Shown: positions 19,259 to 28,252 of the stretch, one piece after another
How the letters are laid out: each line of letters opens with the position of its first letter
Numbering within the stretch: position 1 is the stretch's first letter
Assembly (NCBI GenBank): GCA_002453165.1
Contig: DKGH01000158.1
Location: forward strand, 1 to 63,275
Direction: 5' to 3'
Length of the DNA: 63,275 bases
Source: Verrucomicrobia bacterium UBA6775
Lineage (GTDB): Bacteria; Verrucomicrobiota; Verrucomicrobiia; Limisphaerales; UBA1096
The notes under the pieces: generated by a model
The model's database searches: none
Told to the model about the DNA's origin: nothing
Seen by the model: only the letters and a program-made list of their open reading frames with translations
Translations under genes and position numbers: made by a program

Positions 19259-22200
19259 ATGATGAATCGCACGCGGAGCCGCGGAGCCGCGGAGTTTGTT
19301 AGGGCGGGGGTCAAAAAAGGCATATCGGACTCGCAGACTCGTCCCTCCACAGCGAGTTCGTGGGTTGTTGTTACGAATTGGAGGGATGAGCCAGCGAGTC
19401 CGTTCTGGCCAGCCACATTTAGCACCTCCGCGCCTCCTCGCCTCTGCTTGAGCCTGATTCTTTTCGGGTTAGCCAGCTTGCTGCCTGTTAAGGCGGCGGA
19501 TGATTTTCAGCAGAAGCTGCAGCCGATCTTTGCCAAGCACTGCGTCAAGTGCCACGGCGGCGAGAAGGTAAAGGGCAAGGTCAACCTCAAGGAGATCGCC
19601 AACGCCGGCCAGTTCCTTGCCAAGCCTGAACTCATCAAGGAAATCATCGACGTCATCGACGCCGGCGACATGCCGCCCGAGGACGAGCCGCAGCTCAAAC
19701 CAGCCGATCGATCCGTGATGCTCACTTCGCTCAAGGCGATGCTGCAAACCGCCGCCACAGGGCAGATTGCCAAGCGCAATCCGCCACGCCGGCTCAACCG
19801 ATTCCAGTACAATAACGCTGTGCGAGACCTGTTCCAGCTCAACCGCGACGTGTTTGCGTTGTCGGAAAAGTTGATGACCCGCGAGACGATTTACCTCAAC
19901 GCACCGAAGATGCCGGAGCGGGTCAACGCCCGTTCGTTGGCGCTGCATCCCACCGGCGGCATGGGCGAGGTGAAACCCTTCCCGCAGGACCTCCGAGCCT
20001 CTCACGGGTTCGACAATCAGGCCAATCAACTGACGCTCTCGCCGCTGCTGCTCGATGCCTTTTTTCGACTGAGCATTTCGATCGTCGACAGCCCGGACTT
20101 CAACGAAAACAGTGTTGGCATTTGGAACGATTTTTTCATGCCACCCGGTGAGGGTGCGGATGTATCGGCTGAGACTCACAGGCGGATCGCCGGTTTTTTG
20201 CGGCAAGCTTTTCGCGGCCCGGTGGAGCCGGCCACAGTCGATCGTTACACCGCCTATGCGCTGGGCAAGTTGAAGGAGGACTTGTCCTACACTGACACGA
20301 TGAAGAAGGTCGCCTCCGCGGCATTGTCCTCGCCGTTGTTCCTGTACCACTACCAGCCAGAAGAGCCGGATCAGCGCCCGTTCGCACTGGCCTCCAACCT
20401 TTCGTTTTTCCTCTGGGCCAGCAGCCCGGATGCGGAGCTACTCGACCTCGCCGAGAGCGGCGAATTGGCCAAGCCGGAAGTGTTGGGAGAAACAATCAAG
20501 CATATGTTGGCCGACCCGCGCATCGAGCGATTCCTCGATAGCTTTCCTTCGCAGTGGATGCAGCTTGAAAACATCCTCGCCGCCACGCCGGATCCCAAGT
20601 TGCACCGCTACTTTTCGTTGGACAAACAGCACCCGGCCAGTCTGCAGATGCTTATCGAGCCGCTGCTGCTCTTCGATGCCGTGTTTGTCGAGAACCGGCC
20701 GATCACCGAGTTGGTCATGCCGGCCTTCAGTTATCGCAGCGACTTTCTCAACGACTGGTATGCCAGTGACCTGAAGCCGCAGCAGGCCGACCGCAAAAAA
20801 ATTGCGGAGGAAAACAAGCCGATCGAGGCCAAGCGCCGAGCCGCCGAGAAGGAAATTAATTCCGCCAAGACCGAGCTGGAGGACTACACCAAATCCATCC
20901 CGGAGATTATCAAAAAAACTGCGGACGCGCTTGACCTCGCGCCCGGCCAGGCGCGATGGGAGGCCGCCCAGCTCGAGGCTCTCGCGAACAACGTGGCGCT
21001 GTCTCCCTGGCAACGCATCGGGCCGTTCGGGGAGGGCGACCTGAAAAAAGCCCACGATCGCGCGTTTATCAACGAGACCGAGGTCGACCTGAAAAAGACC
21101 CATGGCAACCTGATTTGGGAGCCGGCCGGGAATCTCGAGGACGGCAAACAACATCAATTGACCGGGGCCAATTGCAGCACGTACCTCTTCCGCACCATCC
21201 ACTCCGGCATCGAGCAGGAGCGCGAGCTGTCGATCGGCAGTGACGACAGCTTCAAGATTTGGATAAACGGTAAACTGGTCGCCGACAAATACATTACGCG
21301 CGGTCTCGCGCCGGATCAGGACAAAGTCAAGGTGCGCTTGGCCAAGGGCGAAAACAAATTGCTCTTCAAGGTTTCCAACGGCGGTGGTGGTTACGGGTTT
21401 TACTTCAAGACCGAGGCCATCCCGCTTCCCGGCGACGTCGTCACCGCAATGAAAGTGGAACCGGCCAAGCGCTCGGGGGAGCAACAGGCCACCTTGGCCA
21501 AGTACTACCGTTCCCTGGCCGGCGAGCTGGAACCGGTCCGCAGGGAAACCGAGGCCAAGCGCCAGCGCTTGGCCAAGCTACTGAACGAAAAACAGGATGC
21601 ACTGAACAAACTGCCCAAGCCGCGCAACCCGGATGATGTCCAAAACGAATTGAACCGGCGATTCGACGACGAGATTCGTGGCAAGGTGCGTCGCAACGAG
21701 TTCGTCCGAGTGGCGGCAAAAAACCCGAGGTACGGCGGTGTGATCACCAGCGCGGCCATGCTCAGCATGAACAATGGCACGCATCGCACCCACCCCATCG
21801 CACGTGGGGCCTGGGTGATCGAGGTCATCTTTAATGATCCGCCGCCGCCGCCGCCCAACGACGTGCCGCCCTTGAACGAGGACGCCGCCGAGGAGCACCT
21901 CACCATCCGTGAGAAATTTGCCAAGCATCGCGAGAATCCCGACTGCGCCGGCTGCCATTCGCGGCTCGACCCGCTTGGCTTTGCACTAGAGAACTTCGAC
22001 ATTACCGGCCGCTGGCGTGACAAGTACCCGAACGGCCGAGACGTCGATGCCACCGGTACCCTGTTGCGCAAATACCCATTCAAGGACGTGGTGAAATTCA
22101 AGGAATCAATCGTCACGGAGGACAAGCGATTCGCCAAGGCGTTCACCGCCCACCTGTTGCGCTTCGCCCTCGCCCGCGAACTCACCCCGGCTGACGCGTT

Positions 22201-22303
22201 GGCAGTGGAGCGGATCGTCAACCAAACCGAGGCCGATCAATTCCGGCTCAAGTCACTGATCACCGAAGTCATCCACAGCGACCGTTTTCGACAGGTGGAT
22301 TAA
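19259..22303 (+). CDS. PSCyt3/PSD-type giant exported protein with coiled-coil and galactose-binding-like insert
   Basis: CVKCHGGEKVKGKVNL...AGDMPP, WVIEVIFNDPPPPPPNDVPP and CAGCHSRLDPLGFALENFD. Insert with SIGSDDSFKIWINGKLV...LLFKVSNGGGGYGFYFK lies at about nt 21000-21415. The start is uncertain because ORF-track start 19163 overlaps the previous gene. Confidence 0.8.
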   Translation: MMNRTRSRGAAEFVRAGVKKGISDSQTRPSTASSWVVVTNWRDEPASPFWPATFSTSAPPRLCLSLILFGLASLLPVKAADDFQQKLQPIFAKHCVKCHGGEKVKGKVNLKEIANAGQFLAKPELIKEIIDVIDAGDMPPEDEPQLKPADRSVMLTSLKAMLQTAATGQIAKRNPPRRLNRFQYNNAVRDLFQLNRDVFALSEKLMTRETIYLNAPKMPERVNARSLALHPTGGMGEVKPFPQDLRASHGFDNQANQLTLSPLLLDAFFRLSISIVDSPDFNENSVGIWNDFFMPPGEGADVSAETHRRIAGFLRQAFRGPVEPATVDRYTAYALGKLKEDLSYTDTMKKVASAALSSPLFLYHYQPEEPDQRPFALASNLSFFLWASSPDAELLDLAESGELAKPEVLGETIKHMLADPRIERFLDSFPSQWMQLENILAATPDPKLHRYFSLDKQHPASLQMLIEPLLLFDAVFVENRPITELVMPAFSYRSDFLNDWYASDLKPQQADRKKIAEENKPIEAKRRAAEKEINSAKTELEDYTKSIPEIIKKTADALDLAPGQARWEAAQLEALANNVALSPWQRIGPFGEGDLKKAHDRAFINETEVDLKKTHGNLIWEPAGNLEDGKQHQLTGANCSTYLFRTIHSGIEQERELSIGSDDSFKIWINGKLVADKYITRGLAPDQDKVKVRLAKGENKLLFKVSNGGGGYGFYFKTEAIPLPGDVVTAMKVEPAKRSGEQQATLAKYYRSLAGELEPVRRETEAKRQRLAKLLNEKQDALNKLPKPRNPDDVQNELNRRFDDEIRGKVRRNEFVRVAAKNPRYGGVITSAAMLSMNNGTHRTHPIARGAWVIEVIFNDPPPPPPNDVPPLNEDAAEEHLTIREKFAKHRENPDCAGCHSRLDPLGFALENFDITGRWRDKYPNGRDVDATGTLLRKYPFKDVVKFKESIVTEDKRFAKAFTAHLLRFALARELTPADALAVERIVNQTEADQFRLKSLITEVIHSDRFRQVD
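21553..21578. repeat. iterated palindrome, split double unit
   Basis: ggccaagcgccagcgcttggccaagc inside a coiled-coil segment (AKRQRLAKL). Confidence 0.8.
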
Positions 22304-22348
22304 CGTTGACTCCGGCGAGTCATCGTTGGATTTATTTCAAACCAAACG

Positions 22349-23695
22349 ATGCCGATGAAAAATAGTTCCCAATCCAATCGAAGGCGGTTCCTGAAATCCA
22401 GCGCTGCAGTGGTACTTGGAGCGCCGGCGATCATCCCGTCATCGGCGCTTGGCCAAGCGGGCAAACCGGCACCCAGTCAACGAATCGCGGTCGGCCTGAT
22501 TGGTTGTGGTGCGCGGGGCGTGGGCGTGATGAAGTCGTTTCTTAACGAACCCTCCGTGCAGGTTGTCGCTGTTTGTGATCCGTACAAGCTGCACTACCGT
22601 GGCCGCAAGGAGGGTCGCGCGCTGGGCCGCCAACCGGCTGCGGAGGCCGTCGGAAAAAAGTACGGCACGAAACCGTGCGACACCTACGCCGACTATCGCC
22701 GACTGTGTGCGCGGAAAGACATCGATGCGGTCATCGTGGCCACTCCGGACCATTGGCACGCAGTGCAGGCGCTTGAGTCTTTGCGAAACGGTCAGGACGT
22801 TTACTGCGAAAAACCGGTCACCCACTTTTTTACCGAAGGTCAGGCATTGTATCGGGAGGTTGCCAAGCAGAAGGCGATCTTTCAGACCGGCTCACAGCAG
22901 CGTTCAACGGTCAACTTTCATCGGGCTGTCGAATTGATCCGCAACGGCCTCATCGGGAAGGTGAAAGAGGTGCAGATCGGTCTGCCCAAGGGGCCGGCCG
23001 AGATTCGTGGAAGCGTCGCCTTGGAAGATCGTTCCGGCCGCGAGGATTACCAACTCTGGACCGGCCCGGCACCGATGTTGCCTTACGTCCACGCGCGTCA
23101 TCACCAGATGTGGCGGTTGCACTTGGCCTACGGTGGCGGGCAGTTGATGGACTGGATCGGGCACCACAACGACATCGCCCACTGGGCGTTGGGTGAGGAT
23201 CAGGGCGGCCCCTCTCGAGTTGAGGCTAGGAATTTCATCTGGAGCCCGGTTCCGATTTACAAGGCGCCTATAATCTACGAGGTACACTGCGAATATTCCG
23301 GGGGCATCCGGAGCAGTATCGGCACGCATAACCCGATGGGGGCGCGCTTTATCGGCGAGGACGGCTGGGTGTACGTCAACCGGGGCAAGCTTGACGCCTC
23401 CAACCGTGACTGGCTCAAGCCCGGATTCGTGCCGGGTGAATTTAAGGCATACAAGTCCGCGAACCACGTCCGCAACTTTCTCGACTGTATCAGGAGCCGC
23501 AAGCCGGCGATTTGCCCGGCGGAGACGGCGCATCGGTCCATCACCCCCGGCCACCTTGGCTACGTCTCGGAGGCGCTTGGCCGGGCGTTGAATTGGGATC
23601 CGAAAACTGAGCAGGTCATCGGCGACAGCGAAGCCCAAGCGTTGCTTACAAAGATGCACCACCGCAAGCCTTGGACACTGGGACTAAAACCGTGA
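22349..23695 (+). CDS. Gfo/Idh/MocA family oxidoreductase with Tat signal
   Basis: SNRRRFLKSSAAVVLGAPAII is followed by the Rossmann motif RIAVGLIGCGARGVG and then VYCEKP. Confidence 0.85.
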   Translation: MPMKNSSQSNRRRFLKSSAAVVLGAPAIIPSSALGQAGKPAPSQRIAVGLIGCGARGVGVMKSFLNEPSVQVVAVCDPYKLHYRGRKEGRALGRQPAAEAVGKKYGTKPCDTYADYRRLCARKDIDAVIVATPDHWHAVQALESLRNGQDVYCEKPVTHFFTEGQALYREVAKQKAIFQTGSQQRSTVNFHRAVELIRNGLIGKVKEVQIGLPKGPAEIRGSVALEDRSGREDYQLWTGPAPMLPYVHARHHQMWRLHLAYGGGQLMDWIGHHNDIAHWALGEDQGGPSRVEARNFIWSPVPIYKAPIIYEVHCEYSGGIRSSIGTHNPMGARFIGEDGWVYVNRGKLDASNRDWLKPGFVPGEFKAYKSANHVRNFLDCIRSRKPAICPAETAHRSITPGHLGYVSEALGRALNWDPKTEQVIGDSEAQALLTKMHHRKPWTLGLKP

Positions 23696-23758
23696 GCGTT
23701 TTGGATTCGTGCTCTTGTCAAATGCACTTGGGCACATAGGATTCCCCGGAGGTTCGCT

Positions 23759-25117
23759 GTGAAGTTAAATCGGAGACAGACCATCCAGTCGTTGGCCGGG
23801 GGAGGCTTGATCCTGCCCGGCCTGATCTCGGACTTGATGGCGGCCGGGGAAAATCCCCTCGCGCCCAGGCGGCCGCATTTCGAACCCAAGGCCAAGCGGG
23901 TTATTTTCATGTTCATGACTGGCGGCGTGAGCCACATGGACACCTTCGATCCCAAGCCGTACCTCAACCAAAATCACAACAAGAAAACCGGCAAGGGCAA
24001 CCGATTTTACAAGGGAGCCGACTGGGCGTTTCGGCGGCATGGCCAATCCGGCACCGAGGTGAGCGATTTGTTCCCGCATATCGGGGGCATGATGGATGAC
24101 ATCTGCGTCATCCGCTCGATGAAAAACATCAACGGCGACCACTTCGGCGCGACCATTGGCATCCACACCGGTTCGGCCACGTTCAAGCGGCCCAGCATCG
24201 GGTCGTGGGTGAGTTACGGACTGGGTACGGACAATGCGAATCTGCCGTCGTTCATGGTCATCGCCCCTGGGCTGCCGTATGCCGGTGGTCAGGTTTGGGG
24301 ATCGGACTTTCTTCCCGTGCTCCATCAGGGCACCCGGATCATCCCCGGTGCTGAGCCAATCTCGAACATGCATCGCCGTACCGCCATGGCCGAGATGCAG
24401 GAGGCCGAACTTGGCTTGCTCCAGTTTTTCAATCGCCAACACCTTAAAGGGCGCGAAAGCGACCAGCATCTCAGGGCTCGGATCAAGTCGTTCGAGACCG
24501 CATACGGTATGCAGGCCGAGGCGCCAGAGGCGTTTGATCTCACCCGTGAAACTGACGCGACGCACCGTCTTTACGGGCTCAAGCGCGGGGACACGGAGGG
24601 CTTTGGCTGGCAATGCATGGTCGCACGCCGGCTGGCGGAGCGCGGGGTGCGTTTCATCGAGTTGATCGATGGAGACACGCGGATCGATTACAACTGGGAC
24701 ACGCACGCGAACATGTCCAACTACAACAAGCTCGCGCGCAACGTCGACCAGCCGATCGCCGGGCTGCTCAAGGACTTGAAATCGCGCGGCATGCTGGAGG
24801 ACACGCTGGTGGTGTTCGCCACGGAGTTTGGGCGCGGCCCGTACCAACCGGCGCCCGGTGTCACCGGCCGGGGGCATCATGCACGGGCGTTTAGCTGTTG
24901 GCTTGCAGGTGCCCGGGTTAAAGGCGGCATGGTTCACGGCGCCAGCGATGAGGTTGGTTTCGATGTCGCCGAGGATCTCGTCACTGTTCATGATTTTCAG
25001 GCGACCATCCTGCACCTGCTTGGCATTGACCACGAACGGCTCACCTACCGGCATGCCGGACGAAACTTCCGTCTGACCGATGTCCACGGAAATGTTGTCA
25101 GGCCGATTCTCGCCTGA
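23759..25117 (+). CDS. DUF1501 family protein (sulfatase/alkaline-phosphatase-like superfamily), Tat-like N-terminus
   Basis: KLNRRQTIQSLAGGG, FMFMTGGVSHMDTFDPKP, WDTHAN, EFGRGP and GRGHH. GTG start. No PSCyt/PSD1 partner is adjacent. Confidence 0.85.
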   Translation: MKLNRRQTIQSLAGGGLILPGLISDLMAAGENPLAPRRPHFEPKAKRVIFMFMTGGVSHMDTFDPKPYLNQNHNKKTGKGNRFYKGADWAFRRHGQSGTEVSDLFPHIGGMMDDICVIRSMKNINGDHFGATIGIHTGSATFKRPSIGSWVSYGLGTDNANLPSFMVIAPGLPYAGGQVWGSDFLPVLHQGTRIIPGAEPISNMHRRTAMAEMQEAELGLLQFFNRQHLKGRESDQHLRARIKSFETAYGMQAEAPEAFDLTRETDATHRLYGLKRGDTEGFGWQCMVARRLAERGVRFIELIDGDTRIDYNWDTHANMSNYNKLARNVDQPIAGLLKDLKSRGMLEDTLVVFATEFGRGPYQPAPGVTGRGHHARAFSCWLAGARVKGGMVHGASDEVGFDVAEDLVTVHDFQATILHLLGIDHERLTYRHAGRNFRLTDVHGNVVRPILA

Positions 25118-25190
25118 CGACCGCTTGGCCAAGGGCGATTTCCGATTGCCGAGAAATTGGAAAAAACATCGGTTTTTTTGCTTTTTCTGC

Positions 25191-25219
25191 TTGCGAATGC
25201 GAAAGGTCGCTCGTACAAC
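25191..25219 (+). promoter_or_regulatory. candidate sigma70-like promoter for the HU gene
   Basis: TTGCGA-N17-TACAAC in AT-rich DNA about 60 nt upstream of ATG 25280. The promoter consensus for this lineage is not known to me. Confidence 0.2.
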
Positions 25220-25279
25220 CGAATCCCAGTAGTGCAGTGCTACTCTTTGTAAATAACAAAAACCCGTAATATTAATAAC

Positions 25280-25570
25280 ATGGCAGACAAACCGTTGACA
25301 AAATCGCAGATCGCGGCAGCCGTTGCTGAAGCGAACGACCTCACCAAAAAGCAGGCAGCCGACCTTTTGGCTAACCTGGCTGAATTGGCCATCTCGAGCA
25401 CCAAGGCGACTGGTGCATTCACATTCCCCGGCATCGGCAAGTTGAAACTCGTTGATCGCAAGGCCCGCATGGGACGCAACCCCGCCACAGGTGAGACCAT
25501 TCAGATTCCTGCAAAGCGCGTGGTGAAGTTTGCCGTGGCCAAGGCTGCCAAGGACTCAATCGCCAGCTAA
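25280..25570 (+). CDS. hup: HU family DNA-binding protein
   Basis: 96 aa. The arm motif RMGRNPATGETIQIPAKRVVKF is typical of HU/IHF. Confidence 0.9.
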   Translation: MADKPLTKSQIAAAVAEANDLTKKQAADLLANLAELAISSTKATGAFTFPGIGKLKLVDRKARMGRNPATGETIQIPAKRVVKFAVAKAAKDSIAS

Positions 25571-25591
25571 CCAACCTCTTTTTAAAGGGAA

Positions 25592-25621
25592 AGCGCCCGC
25601 AGTTGCTGGGCGCTTTTTTTT
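25592..25621 (+). terminator. rho-independent terminator after the HU gene
   Basis: AGCGCCC-gcagttgct-GGGCGCT stem-loop followed by a T8 run. Confidence 0.7.
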
Positions 25622-25627
25622 GTCCCA

Positions 25628-26641
25628 ATGGGTCACGATCAAAATCAGCTTCGCAAAATCGCCGTTGTCGGTTGTGGCGCGGTGGGCAGCTTTTATGGCT
25701 CGAGGCTGGCGCGGTCGGGGCCGGAGGTTCACTTTCTCTTACGATCAGATTTTGACGCCGTTTCGGCCAGCGGCTTGCGGGTTCAAAGCGCCGATGGCGA
25801 CTACACGTTGCAGCCATCCATCGCCCGTTCTCCTGGTGAAATCGGTGAGTGCGACCTCGTATTAATCGCACTTAAATCAACGGCCAACCATCGTTTTGCT
25901 GAACTACTGCCCCCGCTTGCCGGAAAGCAGACCGCGCTTTTCACCCTGCAAAACGGCCTCGGCAACGAGGCGGAATTGGCCTCACTTTTTCCGGGACGGC
26001 CGGTGTTTGGCGGCATGTGTTTTGTCTGCCTCAATCGCACGGAGCCCGGGGTCATCCATCACATTGCCCACGGCAAGATTGTCATGGGCCGGCACGGCGG
26101 GTCGCCCGACGAATTGACCGAATGTATTGCCGGACTCATTCGTGCCTCGGGGATTCCGGTTGATGTGTCGCCCGATCTCGAGCGTGCACACTGGGAAAAG
26201 CTGATCTGGAATATCCCATTCAACGGACTCGGCGTTGCTGGAGCCGCCGGGCTGGCAGCCGTGCTCGCTGGCGACCTGCCGCCGGGTCAACCGATCGGCC
26301 CGTGCCTTGCGACTGACAGCCTGCTCGACGAGGGCCCGTGGGAGCAACTCATCACCGGGTTGATGGATGAGGTCATCGCTGCGGGCCGGGCGCAGGGCCA
26401 CGATCTCTCCCCCGGCCTTGGCCAATATCAACGTGATCGCACTCGGGTCATGGGTGCCTACCGGGCGTCCACGCTGATTGATTTTGAAAACGCCCGTCCG
26501 CTGGAGCTCGATGCCCTGTTCCGCAAACCGCTTGCCGCAGCCCGGGCCGCCGGTGTGGACACACCACGCTTGGCCAAGCTCTGCACCGTGCTGGAGCAGT
26601 TGGTGGCCGAACAAAAAAACTCGGTCATCAACGGCAACTAG
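25628..26641 (+). CDS. panE: 2-dehydropantoate 2-reductase (ketopantoate reductase family)
   Basis: KIAVVGCGAVGSFYGSRLARSG Rossmann N-terminus, LQNGLGN and the ApbA/PanE-like C-domain. Confidence 0.75.
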   Translation: MGHDQNQLRKIAVVGCGAVGSFYGSRLARSGPEVHFLLRSDFDAVSASGLRVQSADGDYTLQPSIARSPGEIGECDLVLIALKSTANHRFAELLPPLAGKQTALFTLQNGLGNEAELASLFPGRPVFGGMCFVCLNRTEPGVIHHIAHGKIVMGRHGGSPDELTECIAGLIRASGIPVDVSPDLERAHWEKLIWNIPFNGLGVAGAAGLAAVLAGDLPPGQPIGPCLATDSLLDEGPWEQLITGLMDEVIAAGRAQGHDLSPGLGQYQRDRTRVMGAYRASTLIDFENARPLELDALFRKPLAAARAAGVDTPRLAKLCTVLEQLVAEQKNSVINGN

Positions 26642-26661
26642 TCCACACTCCCCGGACTGGA

Positions 26662-28173
26662 ATGCGACACCTTTTAATTCTCCTGACGGCCCTCGCCGGT
26701 TTTGCCTCGGCTCCGCTTGGCCAAGCGGACACGCGACCGAACATCGTGTTCATGATCGCCGATGACCTGGCGTGGGACGACCTTGGCTGCTCCGGCAATC
26801 CCAACGTCCGGACGCCGCATCTCGATCGCTTGGCCAAGGGCGGGATGCAGTTCACCAACGCCTTCCTCACCATCAGCTCATGCAGCCCGAGCCGTGCGAG
26901 CATCATCACCGGCACCTATCCTCACCAGACCGATGCCGAACAGTTGCACTGGCCGCTGCCGGCGGATCGACTGACATTCGTTGAACTGCTCAAGGCCTCC
27001 GGCTACTGGACGGCCGCCGCCGGCAAGTGGCACCTCGGCAACGCAGTGAAGGATCGTTTTGACGAGGTGCGCGAGGCCGACGTGTCCGGTTTTCAACTGC
27101 CAACTGGGGAGGCGGCCAAGGAGGGGAAAATCATCCAAAAAGTGATCGGCGACGCCCGCAGTGGCTGCGACCAATGGGTGCCGGTGCTGAAGGCACGTCC
27201 CGAAGACAAGCCGTTTTTCCTCTGGCTCGCCGCGCTGGACCCGCACCGCGACTACGACGAAGGCATTCTGGAAAAATCACACAAGCCGGAGGACGTCCGA
27301 TTGCCGCCGTACGTGGCGGACACGCCGAAAAGCCGCAAGGACTATGCGCTGTATTACGACGAGATCACGCGGCTCGACCGGTTCGTTGGCGAAGTGATGG
27401 CAGAGCTGAAAAAACAGGGCGTGGCCGAAAACACGTTCGTGCTGTTTATCAGCGACAACGGCCGGCCTTTTCCCCGCGATAAAACGACGCTGTACGATAG
27501 TGGCATCCGGACTCCGTTCATCGTGAACTGGCCGGGCCGCATCCAGCCGGGCCGAAGGAGCGACAGCCTTGTGAGCTCCGTTGACATCGGGTCGGCATTC
27601 CTGGAGCTGGCCGGTCTGTCCACGCCGACGGTTTTTGAGGGGCGCAGTTTTCTGCCGCTGTTGCGTAATCCGAAACTGACCCTGCACGATTTTGTGTTCG
27701 CCGAGCGCAACTGGCACGACTACGAGGATCGGGTGCGGGCGGTTCGCAACAAGCGCTTCAAATACATCCGCAACTTTTATGACGATCTCCCCAACACACC
27801 ACCGGCCGATGTTGTCCGGTCGATCGCCTATCGGGAGATGATCCGACTGCGCGACGAGGGCCAGCTCGCCGAGGCACAGAAAAACACCTTCGTCCAGCCG
27901 AGAGCCAAGGAGGAGTTGTACGACATCAAAAACGATCCGTACGAACTGCGAAACCTCGCGGCCGACTCCGGGCAGGCCAAGCGGCTGAAGCGGTTCCGCC
28001 GTGCCCTGGCCAAGTGGCAGGAGGAGACGAACGACACCGAGCCGCCATTCCGGACGCTTGATGAATTTGGTCGCGAGGACGGCCAGGCGTTGCCGGTCCG
28101 GGAACGCCCGCGTCCGGACAAGGTTGAGATGACCAGACGTCTCCGCGAACATTACCGCAAAGAAGCCAAGTAG
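26662..28173 (+). CDS. sulfatase (formylglycine type)
   Basis: [38 protein letters not shown] (C-x-P-x-R) and a signal peptide. Confidence 0.9.
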   Translation: MRHLLILLTALAGFASAPLGQADTRPNIVFMIADDLAWDDLGCSGNPNVRTPHLDRLAKGGMQFTNAFLTISSCSPSRASIITGTYPHQTDAEQLHWPLPADRLTFVELLKASGYWTAAAGKWHLGNAVKDRFDEVREADVSGFQLPTGEAAKEGKIIQKVIGDARSGCDQWVPVLKARPEDKPFFLWLAALDPHRDYDEGILEKSHKPEDVRLPPYVADTPKSRKDYALYYDEITRLDRFVGEVMAELKKQGVAENTFVLFISDNGRPFPRDKTTLYDSGIRTPFIVNWPGRIQPGRRSDSLVSSVDIGSAFLELAGLSTPTVFEGRSFLPLLRNPKLTLHDFVFAERNWHDYEDRVRAVRNKRFKYIRNFYDDLPNTPPADVVRSIAYREMIRLRDEGQLAEAQKNTFVQPRAKEELYDIKNDPYELRNLAADSGQAKRLKRFRRALAKWQEETNDTEPPFRTLDEFGREDGQALPVRERPRPDKVEMTRRLREHYRKEAK

Positions 28174-28179
28174 CCTTGA

Positions 28180-28224
28180 GCTTGGCCAAGCGCTTGGCCA
28201 AACGGAAATCGGCTGGCCAAGCGG
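28180..28224. repeat. iterated palindrome, double unit plus third half-unit
   Basis: gcttggccaagcgcttggccaaacgg...ggctggccaagcgg fills most of the 79-nt spacer between the two sulfatase genes. Confidence 0.9.
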
Positions 28225-28252
28225 GGTGTTTTGCGGAAGGCTCTCCGCACTT

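Noticed and set aside
23765-25132. 455-aa ORF antisense to the DUF1501 gene
   Set aside because: It mirrors the full length of a motif-rich + strand CDS. Its composition (R, H, P, G rich) and lack of any domain signature indicate a shadow ORF. The same applies to 27277..28380, 28289..29074 and 29108..29947.
26648-26664. ccggactggaatgcgac upstream of the sulfatase start as a further copy of the GGGGACAGGAATGT hairpin element
   Set aside because: Only about 11 of 13 core positions match. There is no complementary arm and no conserved flanks, and the ATG within it is the gene start codon. It is probably coincidental.
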